The notes: a model not told the origin generated them from the sequence alone. A stretch of DNA of 45,514 bases from Minisyncoccota bacterium (GCA_043746875.1 JAYTQE010000033.1:1-45514), one strand, 5' to 3'; positions 18,406-26,554 are shown, counted from the stretch's first letter. Made by a program: numbers and translations.

Positions 18406-19776
18406 TTATTCACAGTTTAATTCTACCACATCACCTTCTTCTGGAGCTTTTGCATCAACATCTAAATAATCATGAAGCCTTTGTGATAAAAAAAGTGCAC
18501 TTTTTGGTTCTCCCATTACTACAAAAACTTTTTTTATAGTTTCTGCTACATCACCAACAAAGTCTATTAAATGATCAGAATCTTTGTGTCCAGAATATCC
18601 ATCAATAACAACAATTTTTGCTTTCACTGGAACATTTGTATTATTAATTCTAACTTCTTTTGCTCCTTCTTGAATTATTCTACCTAGTGTACCTATAGAC
18701 TGATAACCTGTTAATAATAATGTACTTTTTGGATCAGGTAGGTAGTTAAATTCATGATGAAGTATTCTTCCTCCATTTGACATACCTGATCCTGCAATAA
18801 TTATCTTTGGGTTAATTGTGTGTAAAATATCTTTTGATTCTTCTGTTAAAAGAGTTGACTTTAATCCTGGAAAATTAAAAATATCGTTGCCATTAGAAAC
18901 TTGCTTACGTGCAAAATCATTAAAATATTGAGATGATTTTTGATATATTTTTGTAAGCCTTATACCTAAAGGAGAATCGAAATAAATAGGAACATTTGGT
19001 ATCCTTTTATTCTCAATTAATTGATCTATTTCAAATAATAATTCTTGAGATCTTTCAAGAGAAAAAGTTGGAATAATAAGGGTTCCATTGTTTTTGTAAT
19101 TATCATTTATAACCTCTTCAAGTTTAACTCTCCTTTGAGGTCTACCTATGTGATTTCTATCTCCGTAAACACTTTCCATAATCATATAGTCAACATTTTT
19201 TAATGTTTCAGTATCACGTAATAAAGGTGAAGGAGAATTACCTAAATCTCCAGTGAATACAATTTTTTTATTATTATAAATAATTTCAAGCATTCCAGAT
19301 CCTAATATATGCCCAGCATCTCTATATCTAAATATAAATGGGCCCATAGCTAAATCTTGATGATAATCAATAACTTTCCAACTCTTAAAAACTTTATCTA
19401 AAATTTCTGGTGAATATATATCTTTCAAAGATTCATTTTCTCCATGAGCAAGTATATTTGCAGTATCTTCCAACATTAATTGAGTTATTTCTTTTGTTGG
19501 AATTGTAGAGTATATTTCCCCTTCAAAACCATCAAAAAATAATTTTGGGATACGACCAATATGATCAATGTGCGCATGTGTAATAAATAGTACATCGACA
19601 GAGCTTGGATCGTATATGAATGGTAACCAATTTTTTTCTTCAGTTATTTTATTTCCCTGAGTTAAACCACAATCAATCAAAAAACTTTTTCCTTCTCCTT
19701 CTAATAAAAAATTAGCACCAGTAACAGATCCTGTTCCTCCTGCAAAAGTAAGTTTAAGTATTTTTTTTGAGTTCAT
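18406..19776 (-). CDS. Metallo-beta-lactamase fold beta-CASP ribonuclease (CPSF/RNase J-like)
   Basis: FLIDCG, THAHIDHIG (HxHxDH), DAGHILGS, FTGDLG, ESVYG and YSGHKD motifs in beta-CASP order. Confidence 0.85.
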   Translation of the reverse strand: MNSKKILKLTFAGGTGSVTGANFLLEGEGKSFLIDCGLTQGNKITEEKNWLPFIYDPSSVDVLFITHAHIDHIGRIPKLFFDGFEGEIYSTIPTKEITQLMLEDTANILAHGENESLKDIYSPEILDKVFKSWKVIDYHQDLAMGPFIFRYRDAGHILGSGMLEIIYNNKKIVFTGDLGNSPSPLLRDTETLKNVDYMIMESVYGDRNHIGRPQRRVKLEEVINDNYKNNGTLIIPTFSLERSQELLFEIDQLIENKRIPNVPIYFDSPLGIRLTKIYQKSSQYFNDFARKQVSNGNDIFNFPGLKSTLLTEESKDILHTINPKIIIAGSGMSNGGRILHHEFNYLPDPKSTLLLTGYQSIGTLGRIIQEGAKEVRINNTNVPVKAKIVVIDGYSGHKDSDHLIDFVGDVAETIKKVFVVMGEPKSALFLSQRLHDYLDVDAKAPEEGDVVELNCE

Positions 19777-20173
19777 GATTGTTATTGTATCTCTTATTCA
19801 TCGAAATAACAAAAAATGATCCAGCAATTCCCCCTAAACAATCAAAAAATAAATCACCTATTGAATCTGGAATATCTGCCAAGTGTACATTTTTAACAAA
19901 TTCTTGAATTATGTATTCGTAATACTCCCAAAACAAACCCACAATAAATGAGGATAAGACTAATATTATAAATATTTGTTTTGAGTTTTGATCTAATAAT
20001 TTATTTAAAAAAAATGAAGCAACAATAAGCACTATAAATACCCCACCCAGAAAGTGCATAAATTTATCAAATCCAAATATTGATGTATACCAATAAAATT
20101 TATTAGCCAAAATATTTACTATAAAAATAAATACTCCCAAATAACATGCATTCTTAATTAATTTTTGGTACAT
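19754..20173 (-). CDS. Small polytopic membrane protein, VanZ-like
   Basis: 139 aa with 4 predicted TM segments. FDKFMHFLGG and DxxxDxLGGxxG resemble VanZ-family motifs. Overlaps the next gene by 23 nt. Confidence 0.45.
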   Translation of the reverse strand: MYQKLIKNACYLGVFIFIVNILANKFYWYTSIFGFDKFMHFLGGVFIVLIVASFFLNKLLDQNSKQIFIILVLSSFIVGLFWEYYEYIIQEFVKNVHLADIPDSIGDLFFDCLGGIAGSFFVISMNKRYNNNHELKKNT

Positions 20174-20210
20174 ATTTTCATATTATGACATAAAATATTT
20201 CAATACAATA

Positions 20211-20242
20211 GAAAAACCCTTACTAAAAAGTAAAGGTTTTTC
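20211..20242 (-). terminator. Intrinsic terminator following the structured RNA
   Basis: A 12-bp stem. The single irregular pair is G.U on the minus-strand RNA but C.A on the plus strand. Followed by UUUUUC on the minus strand. Confidence 0.7.
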
Positions 20243-20385
20243 TTACGGCTATTTAATAACTATTACCGTAGCACTCAGGCTAAGTGGGTACCTGGATAAG
20301 AATGATGCAATTAAAACTACTTCAAAATTATCACAACAGCTCCCATGTAAAATGTGTTCTCGGTAATAATTGTAAATAGCCGTAA
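20243..20385 (-). ncRNA. Unclassified structured RNA (6S-like architecture, or a leader/riboswitch of the downstream operon)
   Basis: A ~25-bp closing helix (20243..20268 with 20361..20385) where the only C.A on the plus strand becomes G.U on the minus strand. Then a large internal loop and an irregular apical helix. It has its own promoter and terminator. Confidence 0.5.
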
Positions 20386-20389
20386 ATTA

Positions 20390-20418
20390 ATTATAGACTT
20401 AAGAAAAATATTTTTCAA
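20390..20418 (-). promoter_or_regulatory. Near-consensus sigma70 promoter of the structured RNA
   Basis: TTGAAA (20418..20413), a 17-nt spacer, then TATAAT (20395..20390). The predicted TSS falls on the first nucleotides of the closing helix (~20383). Confidence 0.55.
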
Positions 20419-20453
20419 TATGGACAGTAAAGAAATATAATGTCGAACAAATA

Positions 20454-20930
20454 TTACATCAAATCATCTGAAAAAATAAACTGTGTGTCAACTTTATCAT
20501 AGTCAACGATTTCAGTTTCTTCAAAAAATCTTTTTATTTCAGTTTCAGCATTTTCTTTTGAATCAGAGGCATGTACTACATTTGATTGCATCGAAAGAGC
20601 AAGGTCCCCTCTTATTGTACCTGCACTAGCTTCATAAGATTTGGTAATCCCAACTATCAATCTAATACTATCTACAGCCCTAAGACCAGCAACAGCCATA
20701 ATGACAACAGGAGCAGACTTCATAAACTTTTTTATTCTTGGAAAAAATGGTTTGTCAGCTATATGATTATAATGATCCTCTAGAAGAGCATCATTTAAAT
20801 ACATCATTTTCATACCAATTATTTTTAATCCCTTTCTTTCAAATCTTGTTATTATTTCACCTACCAAACTTCTTTGTATTGCGTCTGGTTTAATTATAAT
20901 AAGTGATCGCTCTTCATTTTCATGTATCAT
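20454..20930 (-). CDS. ndk: Nucleoside diphosphate kinase
   Basis: ERSLIIIKPDAIQRSLVGEIITRFERKGLKI and NVVHASDS (active-site His). Confidence 0.93.
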   Translation of the reverse strand: MIHENEERSLIIIKPDAIQRSLVGEIITRFERKGLKIIGMKMMYLNDALLEDHYNHIADKPFFPRIKKFMKSAPVVIMAVAGLRAVDSIRLIVGITKSYEASAGTIRGDLALSMQSNVVHASDSKENAETEIKRFFEETEIVDYDKVDTQFIFSDDLM

Positions 20931-20968
20931 ATGGTTTTATAATACTTGAAAAATATTACTTAGACAAA

Positions 20969-22651
20969 TTACATCTTCTCTGGAGTGGAAATACCTATGA
21001 TTTTAAGACCATTATTAATAGTTTGTTTTACAGATTCAACTATAGCTAGTCTATAGGTTGTTGCCTCTTCATTTTCATCTATAATTTTTCCCTGGCCGTA
21101 CCAAGTATTGAAGTACTGTGCTAAATCTACAAGATAAACCAAAACATGATGTGGTGCCCATTCATTTATCGAGCGAGAAACAACCTCTGGAAATCGTACG
21201 ATAATTTTCTCCAATGTTTCTGTTCCAGTGGTTGGATTTGATAAATCAGGATTTATATTTTCATTTAAACCTTTTGTAAGTAATGATCCTGCTCTAACTG
21301 TAACGTACTGCAAGTATGGACCACTATCTCCTTCAAACGATAAAGATGTTTCTGGGTCAAAGTTTATATCTTTGCCAGCCATAGCACGAAGCACACTGAA
21401 CTTAATTGCTGATATTGCAATATTTTCAACTTCCAAAATTCCAAGATTAGAATTCTTTTCTTTGATATCACCTACGACAGTATCGAGCACATCTTCAGCA
21501 AGAGGTACACCTCCGAGACGTGATGACATTTTCTGACCCTTAAATGACATACGTCCATGAGTTCGATGAATACTTCTCTCTTGCCAATCTTTGTTTATAT
21601 AACTGACAGCATCTAGAACTATTTGAAAATGAGGGATCTGGTGATTGTCTGTTATAAATATTGATTTGTCAGGATTATAGCGTTCAAACTTCATAGACAT
21701 AAGTCCAACATCTTTGGCTTCATAAGTTGGATTACCTTGGCTATTGATAAATACCGCTGTATTTATATCCTTGCGAGATTCCTCTGGTATGTAAACTATT
21801 GCACCCTCACTTTCGGTGAAAACTTTTGAGGTAAACTTTTTCACTATTTCCTTACCAATTTCCCCTGCTTCGCTTTCGTATATATAAGAATCAAAATGTG
21901 AACCAAGTCTTGTTGTGATATTTTCAAAATATTCCATATTCAAATCTTTGCATTTTTTGAAAATTTTAAATTCTGAAGAATTAATACCAGCATAAAGATT
22001 ATCAGCAATTTCTTTGACTCTTGCATGTATGGATTCGTCTTCTTCGTATCTTTTAGTACCCTCAACATAAGATTCTCCCAATATGGATACATCTGTCGGT
22101 TCAAAATCTTCACCATATTTATCAAGTACTACAAATATAGCTTTGGCGGTACCGAGAGATATGTCTGATGGAAATGACATAGTAGTAACTTCAGCACCTG
22201 AAGCACGCGCAAGACCAACAATTGCCTCTCCAATAGTATTGTTCATCAAGTGACCTATATGAAATGGCTTAAAAAGATTTGGGCTTGAATGTTCTACTAA
22301 TATCTTCTGACCTTTCAAATCATTTACATGCCCCCACTTATCACCTAACTTTTTTGCATCTTTCAATTGCTCAATAAAAATACTTCTATCGAGTGTGAAG
22401 TTTATAAATCCAGGACCTGCTATTTTAATTTCATTTATTCCTGAAATATTTTTATGTTTCAATATTTTTACAAATTGGCCTGCTAAGACTATTGGATTTT
22501 GACCTAATTTTTTACCAACAATAAGTGCTATATTTGTCGCATAGTCTCCATGACCGAGATCTTTTGGATGCTCAAGTGTGAAATCAACCTCAGGTAATTC
22601 TAACTCTGCTATAACTTTTTTGATCGCTCCTCCTATTAGGATTTCATACAT
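20969..22651 (-). CDS. argS: Arginyl-tRNA synthetase
   Basis: HSSPNLFKPFHIGH (HIGH), N-terminal Arg_tRNA_synt_N-like domain, DALR-type C-terminus ending in M. Confidence 0.93.
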   Translation of the reverse strand: MYEILIGGAIKKVIAELELPEVDFTLEHPKDLGHGDYATNIALIVGKKLGQNPIVLAGQFVKILKHKNISGINEIKIAGPGFINFTLDRSIFIEQLKDAKKLGDKWGHVNDLKGQKILVEHSSPNLFKPFHIGHLMNNTIGEAIVGLARASGAEVTTMSFPSDISLGTAKAIFVVLDKYGEDFEPTDVSILGESYVEGTKRYEEDESIHARVKEIADNLYAGINSSEFKIFKKCKDLNMEYFENITTRLGSHFDSYIYESEAGEIGKEIVKKFTSKVFTESEGAIVYIPEESRKDINTAVFINSQGNPTYEAKDVGLMSMKFERYNPDKSIFITDNHQIPHFQIVLDAVSYINKDWQERSIHRTHGRMSFKGQKMSSRLGGVPLAEDVLDTVVGDIKEKNSNLGILEVENIAISAIKFSVLRAMAGKDINFDPETSLSFEGDSGPYLQYVTVRAGSLLTKGLNENINPDLSNPTTGTETLEKIIVRFPEVVSRSINEWAPHHVLVYLVDLAQYFNTWYGQGKIIDENEEATTYRLAIVESVKQTINNGLKIIGISTPEKM

Positions 22652-22691
22652 AAAACGATTCTAGCATTTTTGAGCCAAAATTACAGAGTAA

Positions 22692-22719
22692 TTGACTAAT
22701 CCCCTTTTGTGAGTAAAGT
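22692..22719 (+). promoter_or_regulatory. Candidate promoter of the DUF1599-like gene
   Basis: TTGACT (22692..22697), a 16-nt spacer, then TAAAGT (22714..22719). It overlaps the GTG start at 22709 proposed in the ORF track. Confidence 0.35.
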
Positions 22720-22738
22720 AAAGAAAAAATACATTAAC

Positions 22739-23320
22739 ATGAACCAGATAAAATCGAATGAACAGTATGACAAAGTAATCTCTGAGGCAAAAAAAGAGTT
22801 TATTGAAAAAAACAAAAAATATGGAAACAGTCTTGATGTCTATAATGCAAATGGAATCCTTTCAAAAATATTTATAAAGCTCTATAGAATAAAGTCAATT
22901 CAAGATGCCGGAGAATACAAGGTTGAGGGGGAAACTATTGAAAAAGAATTTCCCGGTGTAGTGAATTATTGTTTATATGGAATAATAATTGCTCAACAAA
23001 TTGCATCTGGGATAAGAATTCTTTATGAAAAAGAACTTTTGTTCGCTGAGTACGACAAAGCTGTCACAATCACAAGGAGTTTGTTCCAAAAAAAGAACCA
23101 TGATTATGGTGAGGCTTGGCGGCAACTTTCAGTAAGCTATATGACACAGGAGTGTTTATCTAAGTATGAACGTACTCAAAAGATGTATAAAGACATGAAA
23201 TTCAAACCTGAAAAACAGGCTGAGCTACAAAAAGAATTCATCGAGGTATTTTCTGACATTTGTAACTACTCAATATTTTGTAGTATTCGTATTTCTGAAG
23301 GAGTAGACCCAATGATTTAA
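22739..23320 (+). CDS. DUF1599-like helical protein (two tandem repeats)
   Basis: Two repeats, KKYGNSLDVY...LYRIKSI and KKNHDYGEAWRQ...KYERTQKM. The K-x-x-DYG-x-x-W motif is as I recall it for DUF1599. Start moved to the ATG at 22739 because of the promoter. Confidence 0.55.
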   Translation: MNQIKSNEQYDKVISEAKKEFIEKNKKYGNSLDVYNANGILSKIFIKLYRIKSIQDAGEYKVEGETIEKEFPGVVNYCLYGIIIAQQIASGIRILYEKELLFAEYDKAVTITRSLFQKKNHDYGEAWRQLSVSYMTQECLSKYERTQKMYKDMKFKPEKQAELQKEFIEVFSDICNYSIFCSIRISEGVDPMI

Positions 23321-23328
23321 TAATCTTA

Positions 23329-23356
23329 TACCCCGTAATAAAGCGGGGTATTTTTA
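23329..23356 (+). terminator. Intrinsic terminator after the DUF1599-like gene
   Basis: taccccg/cggggta 7-bp stem, 8-nt loop, then TTTTT. Confidence 0.75.
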
Positions 23357-23419
23357 TTTGACATTTGCATTTTTTAATATAATCTAAAAAAAACTATTCT
23401 TTAACTAAAATTTTTAAAA

Positions 23420-24250
23420 ATGTCACAATCATTCAATGAAATCAAAGTTTTTTGTATTGCTCGTACCACTGTAGATCGTGAAGCTGTAAGGTTATGGTTA
23501 GATGATTTAGGAGCAAATGAATTTGAAATTCCTCCTGAAGAAACCGTTCGTGATCCAGCTCTTCTTGTAGCATTAGCTGCAAAACAATGCTACATGGCAT
23601 TTCAGCCAGGACTGAATCCTAATGTAAACAAAGTTAGAAAAGACATGATTGAGTATTTAGATAATGTTTTAAAACAAAAACATGGTTCTGTAATTGAACA
23701 TGCAACTTTCACTTTTGCAATAAATGGTTGTTCTAGAGTTTTTACTGGTGAGATGAATCGTCATCGTGCTGGTGTTGCTATATCTGAAAGAAGTATGAGA
23801 TATATTCGATATACAGAAAAAGATATTTCCTTTTGGATGCCTGAATGTTTCAGAGAAGAATCTATTGATGGTGTAGAAATTAAAAAAAAGAAAAAACTAA
23901 GCAGAAACTTAATGGAAAACATGTTTACCAAACAAGGTGAGGCTATGGAAAAATTTGCTGAAATCTGGAAAGAAGAATTAGATCCAAAAAGCACCTTTCA
24001 TCTTAAAAAAGTTCTAACTTCTGCATTCAGAAGATGTGTTGGTATGGGTATTGCAACTGGTGGTGTTTGGACATTAAACCTAAGAGCTCTAAGGCACACT
24101 ATAGCTCTCAGAACCGACCCTTCGGCCGAAGAAGAGATTCTGCATATATTTAAAAAGATTGGAGCTATTATGTTGAAAGAATTACCAGAAATTTTTGGTG
24201 ACTTCAAAGAAAAAGAGGGTTCATTAGTGCCGGAATATTGGAAAGTCTAA
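23420..24250 (+). CDS. thyX: FAD-dependent thymidylate synthase ThyX (divergent signature)
   Basis: RHRAGVAISERSMRY (23759..23803) resembles the ThyX motif RHRxxSxxxxSxR(Y). Size (276 aa) and overall layout fit ThyX. Confidence 0.8.
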   Translation: MSQSFNEIKVFCIARTTVDREAVRLWLDDLGANEFEIPPEETVRDPALLVALAAKQCYMAFQPGLNPNVNKVRKDMIEYLDNVLKQKHGSVIEHATFTFAINGCSRVFTGEMNRHRAGVAISERSMRYIRYTEKDISFWMPECFREESIDGVEIKKKKKLSRNLMENMFTKQGEAMEKFAEIWKEELDPKSTFHLKKVLTSAFRRCVGMGIATGGVWTLNLRALRHTIALRTDPSAEEEILHIFKKIGAIMLKELPEIFGDFKEKEGSLVPEYWKV

Positions 24251-24263
24251 AATTTTAATTTAA

Positions 24264-24304
24264 AAAAATAAAACCATTCTGTAAAATTACAGAATGGTTT
24301 TTTA
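24264..24304. terminator. Bidirectional intrinsic terminator (thyX + / DNPH1-like -)
   Basis: aaccattctgtaa/ttacagaatggtt, a 13-bp perfect inverted repeat flanked by an A-run and a T-run. Confidence 0.8.
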
Positions 24305-24323
24305 ATTAATGACTATCAATAAA

Positions 24324-24812
24324 TTAATTGATTTGATACTTATCATATTGAATCTTTAATTCAGAAACAATCATTTCAAAAAGTTCATCTAAATTTCTAT
24401 CATACAAATTAAATGAAGCATGTGGGTTATAATCTATTGAACCTATACCGAGTTTAGAAATAATATTTTCTATTTCATTTTCATTTTCTATGATTAATCT
24501 TTGAGCAAACATCATTGTTCTAACTTTGTGCTCCCTCATCGCAACACCAATTTCAAGACCTAACCCAAATGATGGATATGTAACATCCCCCAAAATAACA
24601 AATGATCTACCTACACCATCTAAGATGTCATTTTTATAAATTTCTCCCGGAGAAAGATTTGATTGTTTTTGACCTGCTGGTGGGACACAAAATTCAAATA
24701 ATTTTATCCATGGAATTTCTGAAAGTCTTTTTTTAAAAGAAGCTATTCTTTGCTTATAATCTTCGGGACCATACGCTAATGCACAACCAAAATAAATAGG
24801 TAATTGTTTCAT
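24324..24812 (-). CDS. 2'-deoxynucleoside 5'-phosphate N-hydrolase-like protein (DNPH1/Rcl-like, nucleoside 2-deoxyribosyltransferase superfamily)
   Basis: PIYFGCALAYGPED compares with Rcl YFCGSIRGGRED. GDVTYPSFGLGLEIGVA compares with Rcl AEVTQPSLGVGYELGRA, including the catalytic Glu. Confidence 0.6.
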   Translation of the reverse strand: MKQLPIYFGCALAYGPEDYKQRIASFKKRLSEIPWIKLFEFCVPPAGQKQSNLSPGEIYKNDILDGVGRSFVILGDVTYPSFGLGLEIGVAMREHKVRTMMFAQRLIIENENEIENIISKLGIGSIDYNPHASFNLYDRNLDELFEMIVSELKIQYDKYQIN

Positions 24813-24870
24813 ATTTCAAAGTTTTTTGTTTGACTTTATAATAACTAAAAAATTGTAATTGTCAAAATTA

Positions 24871-24907
24871 AAAGCCATTTTTATAATAAAATAAAAATGG
24901 CTTTTTT
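24871..24907 (-). terminator. Intrinsic terminator after the long-form dCTP deaminase gene
   Basis: aaagccattttta/taaaaatggcttt 13-bp stem with an 8-nt loop and U-rich flanks. Confidence 0.6.
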
Positions 24908-24909
24908 AG

Positions 24910-26031
24910 CTATTTGAAATATTTTGGTAACTTCGGACCACTTGTTTGGTTTTTATAATTACCTTTATATAAGGTTTTTGGATCTTTACTCATATACTCA
25001 TACTGAATTTCAGCAATAGGTTGACGGTGACGCAAACTTATACCTGATTCGTGAGATATAACCTCAAAAGTAATTGAATTGCCACAAGGTGTATCTAATC
25101 CAAATCCTGGATCTATATAACCTGCATAATGTGAACGAAGCTCACCATACTTCTCAGAAAAAGGAACAACCTCTGACGCTAAATGTCCCGGTAATTTTAT
25201 TAATTCAGAAGATCCTAATAAATATCCTACTCCTTGAATAAGAAGTAGACCATTAGGACTTAGTTCGTCACGATAGATAAAATCAAAATATTTCTTTGGA
25301 TCAATATCCCTAGATGAAAGTAATATTGGTTCATAAAATTTTTTAGTACTATATGCAACAATATCAGACTCCATGTCTACGGTTAATAAATTAGAAGCAA
25401 TATCACTCCCTACTACAGGTACTCTTGCATCTTCTTCAGTAAATAGTTCTGGATTTTTAGTGCTTCTAATAAATGAATATCTTTTCATTTCTCTTTCAAG
25501 ATTCTTACTCGAAAGTCTATCGCTTCCTTTGAAAAACCTTAATTGACTTAATGGTTCATTATCAGTAAGTTCAATACTAAAACATTTTGGTGATAACATA
25601 AGCCAATGATCTCCACCTTGTTGATTAGGATACACTTCATCATAAATATAAGAACCATCTGTTAACATCCTACTATGTAAGAATAAACGACCAGGACTTG
25701 ATTTTGGATTCATACGTGCATAAAAAGGTAGTTCACATAATTTTTCTCTTAAACGAATCATGTATTTCTTACCTTGTATAAGAATTGGATTTTTAAGCTT
25801 CCTTGCAAGGTCTTGATTATATAGTTCAATTATCATGTCAGATATTTTCTCACCTTTTTTAGGTGATGAAAAAATATCAACTTCAAATATGTCATTTAGA
25901 TCAGGAAATACATCTATACTTGCTGGTTGAATACAACTTATTTGAGCATTTTTTATCCAACCATTTTCTATAAAATTTAATATACAAGTATCAGGTAGTA
26001 CTCCTTGATGTATTAATTCATTTTTTTTCAT
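24910..26031 (-). CDS. Long-form 2'-deoxycytidine 5'-triphosphate deaminase family protein (two dUTPase-like barrels)
   Basis: 373 aa. The N-terminus GVLPDTCILNFIENGWI...IQPASIDV resembles the ~360-aa DCD family as I recall it. Family membership needs HMM confirmation. Confidence 0.65.
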   Translation of the reverse strand: MKKNELIHQGVLPDTCILNFIENGWIKNAQISCIQPASIDVFPDLNDIFEVDIFSSPKKGEKISDMIIELYNQDLARKLKNPILIQGKKYMIRLREKLCELPFYARMNPKSSPGRLFLHSRMLTDGSYIYDEVYPNQQGGDHWLMLSPKCFSIELTDNEPLSQLRFFKGSDRLSSKNLEREMKRYSFIRSTKNPELFTEEDARVPVVGSDIASNLLTVDMESDIVAYSTKKFYEPILLSSRDIDPKKYFDFIYRDELSPNGLLLIQGVGYLLGSSELIKLPGHLASEVVPFSEKYGELRSHYAGYIDPGFGLDTPCGNSITFEVISHESGISLRHRQPIAEIQYEYMSKDPKTLYKGNYKNQTSGPKLPKYFK

Positions 26032-26071
26032 TGTTAAGGTTTTGTTTGTTTTGATACTACTTTTTATAATA

Positions 26072-26104
26072 AAAAAGTCAAACGCCTCACAATGTGAGGC
26101 GTTT
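26072..26104 (-). terminator. Intrinsic terminator after rplK
   Basis: aaacgcctcac/gtgaggcgttt 11-bp stem with a 3-nt loop. The minus-strand RNA continues GACUUUUUUAUUAU. Confidence 0.75.
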
Positions 26105-26128
26105 GCAATTCATATTATATTTCCTTAA

Positions 26129-26554
26129 CTAGTCAACAATTTCGATACCAGCAGATCGAGCAGATCCTGCGACAATTTTCATTGCGGCTTCAATATCGTT
26201 AGCGTTCAAATCTGGCATTTTGCGTTCTGCAATCTCTTTGAGTTGAGACTTGGTAATCTTACCAACTTTTGATGTACGAGCCTTACCTGAACCCTTTGCA
26301 ACACCCGCAGCTTTCAAAATAAGGTCTGTAGTAGGAGGAGTTGATACAATAAAATCATAACTGCGATCTTCGTAAACTACAATTTTTACACCCAACTTTT
26401 CTCCTTTTTGATCTTGAGTTGCCGCATTGAATTTCTGAACGAAATCAGAAATATTCACACCTGCTTGACCAAGAGCTGGCCCAAGTGGTGGAGCAGGAGT
26501 AGCCATTCCTCCCATAGCTTGTACTTTAATTCTTTTTGTAATATTTTTTGCCAT
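26129..26554 (-). CDS. rplK: 50S ribosomal protein L11
   Basis: PAPPLGPALGQAGVNI hallmark. 141 aa. Confidence 0.95.
   Translation of the reverse strand: MAKNITKRIKVQAMGGMATPAPPLGPALGQAGVNISDFVQKFNAATQDQKGEKLGVKIVVYEDRSYDFIVSTPPTTDLILKAAGVAKGSGKARTSKVGKITKSQLKEIAERKMPDLNANDIEAAMKIVAGSARSAGIEIVD

Noticed and set aside
20243-20385. The structured RNA considered as an M-box (Mg2+) or TPP riboswitch, since the downstream operon contains an MgtA-like pump.
   Set aside because: From memory of the consensus sequences, the M-box blocks (GUGAGGC, CUGCCC, GUCGAGAGAC, ACAGUGCUAAAGCUCUAC) and the TPP blocks (CUGAGA, ACCUGAUCUGGAUAAUGCCAGCG) are absent. Only a short AGUGCUA coincidence exists. This needs a covariance-model scan to be final.
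22709-22738. The GTG start proposed by the ORF track for the DUF1599-like gene.
   Set aside because: A TTGACT-16-TAAAGT promoter overlaps this GTG, so a transcript from it would begin downstream. The ATG at 22739 is the first start on that mRNA. Confidence in this is only moderate.
22692-26031. Higher GC content of the nucleotide-metabolism cluster as evidence for horizontal transfer.
   Set aside because: Single 60-nt lines I counted gave 35-47% GC here against 27% in ileS. A line in rplK gave 48% and recA also looks richer. GC seems to track protein conservation and expression rather than origin. A windowed whole-genome analysis is required.
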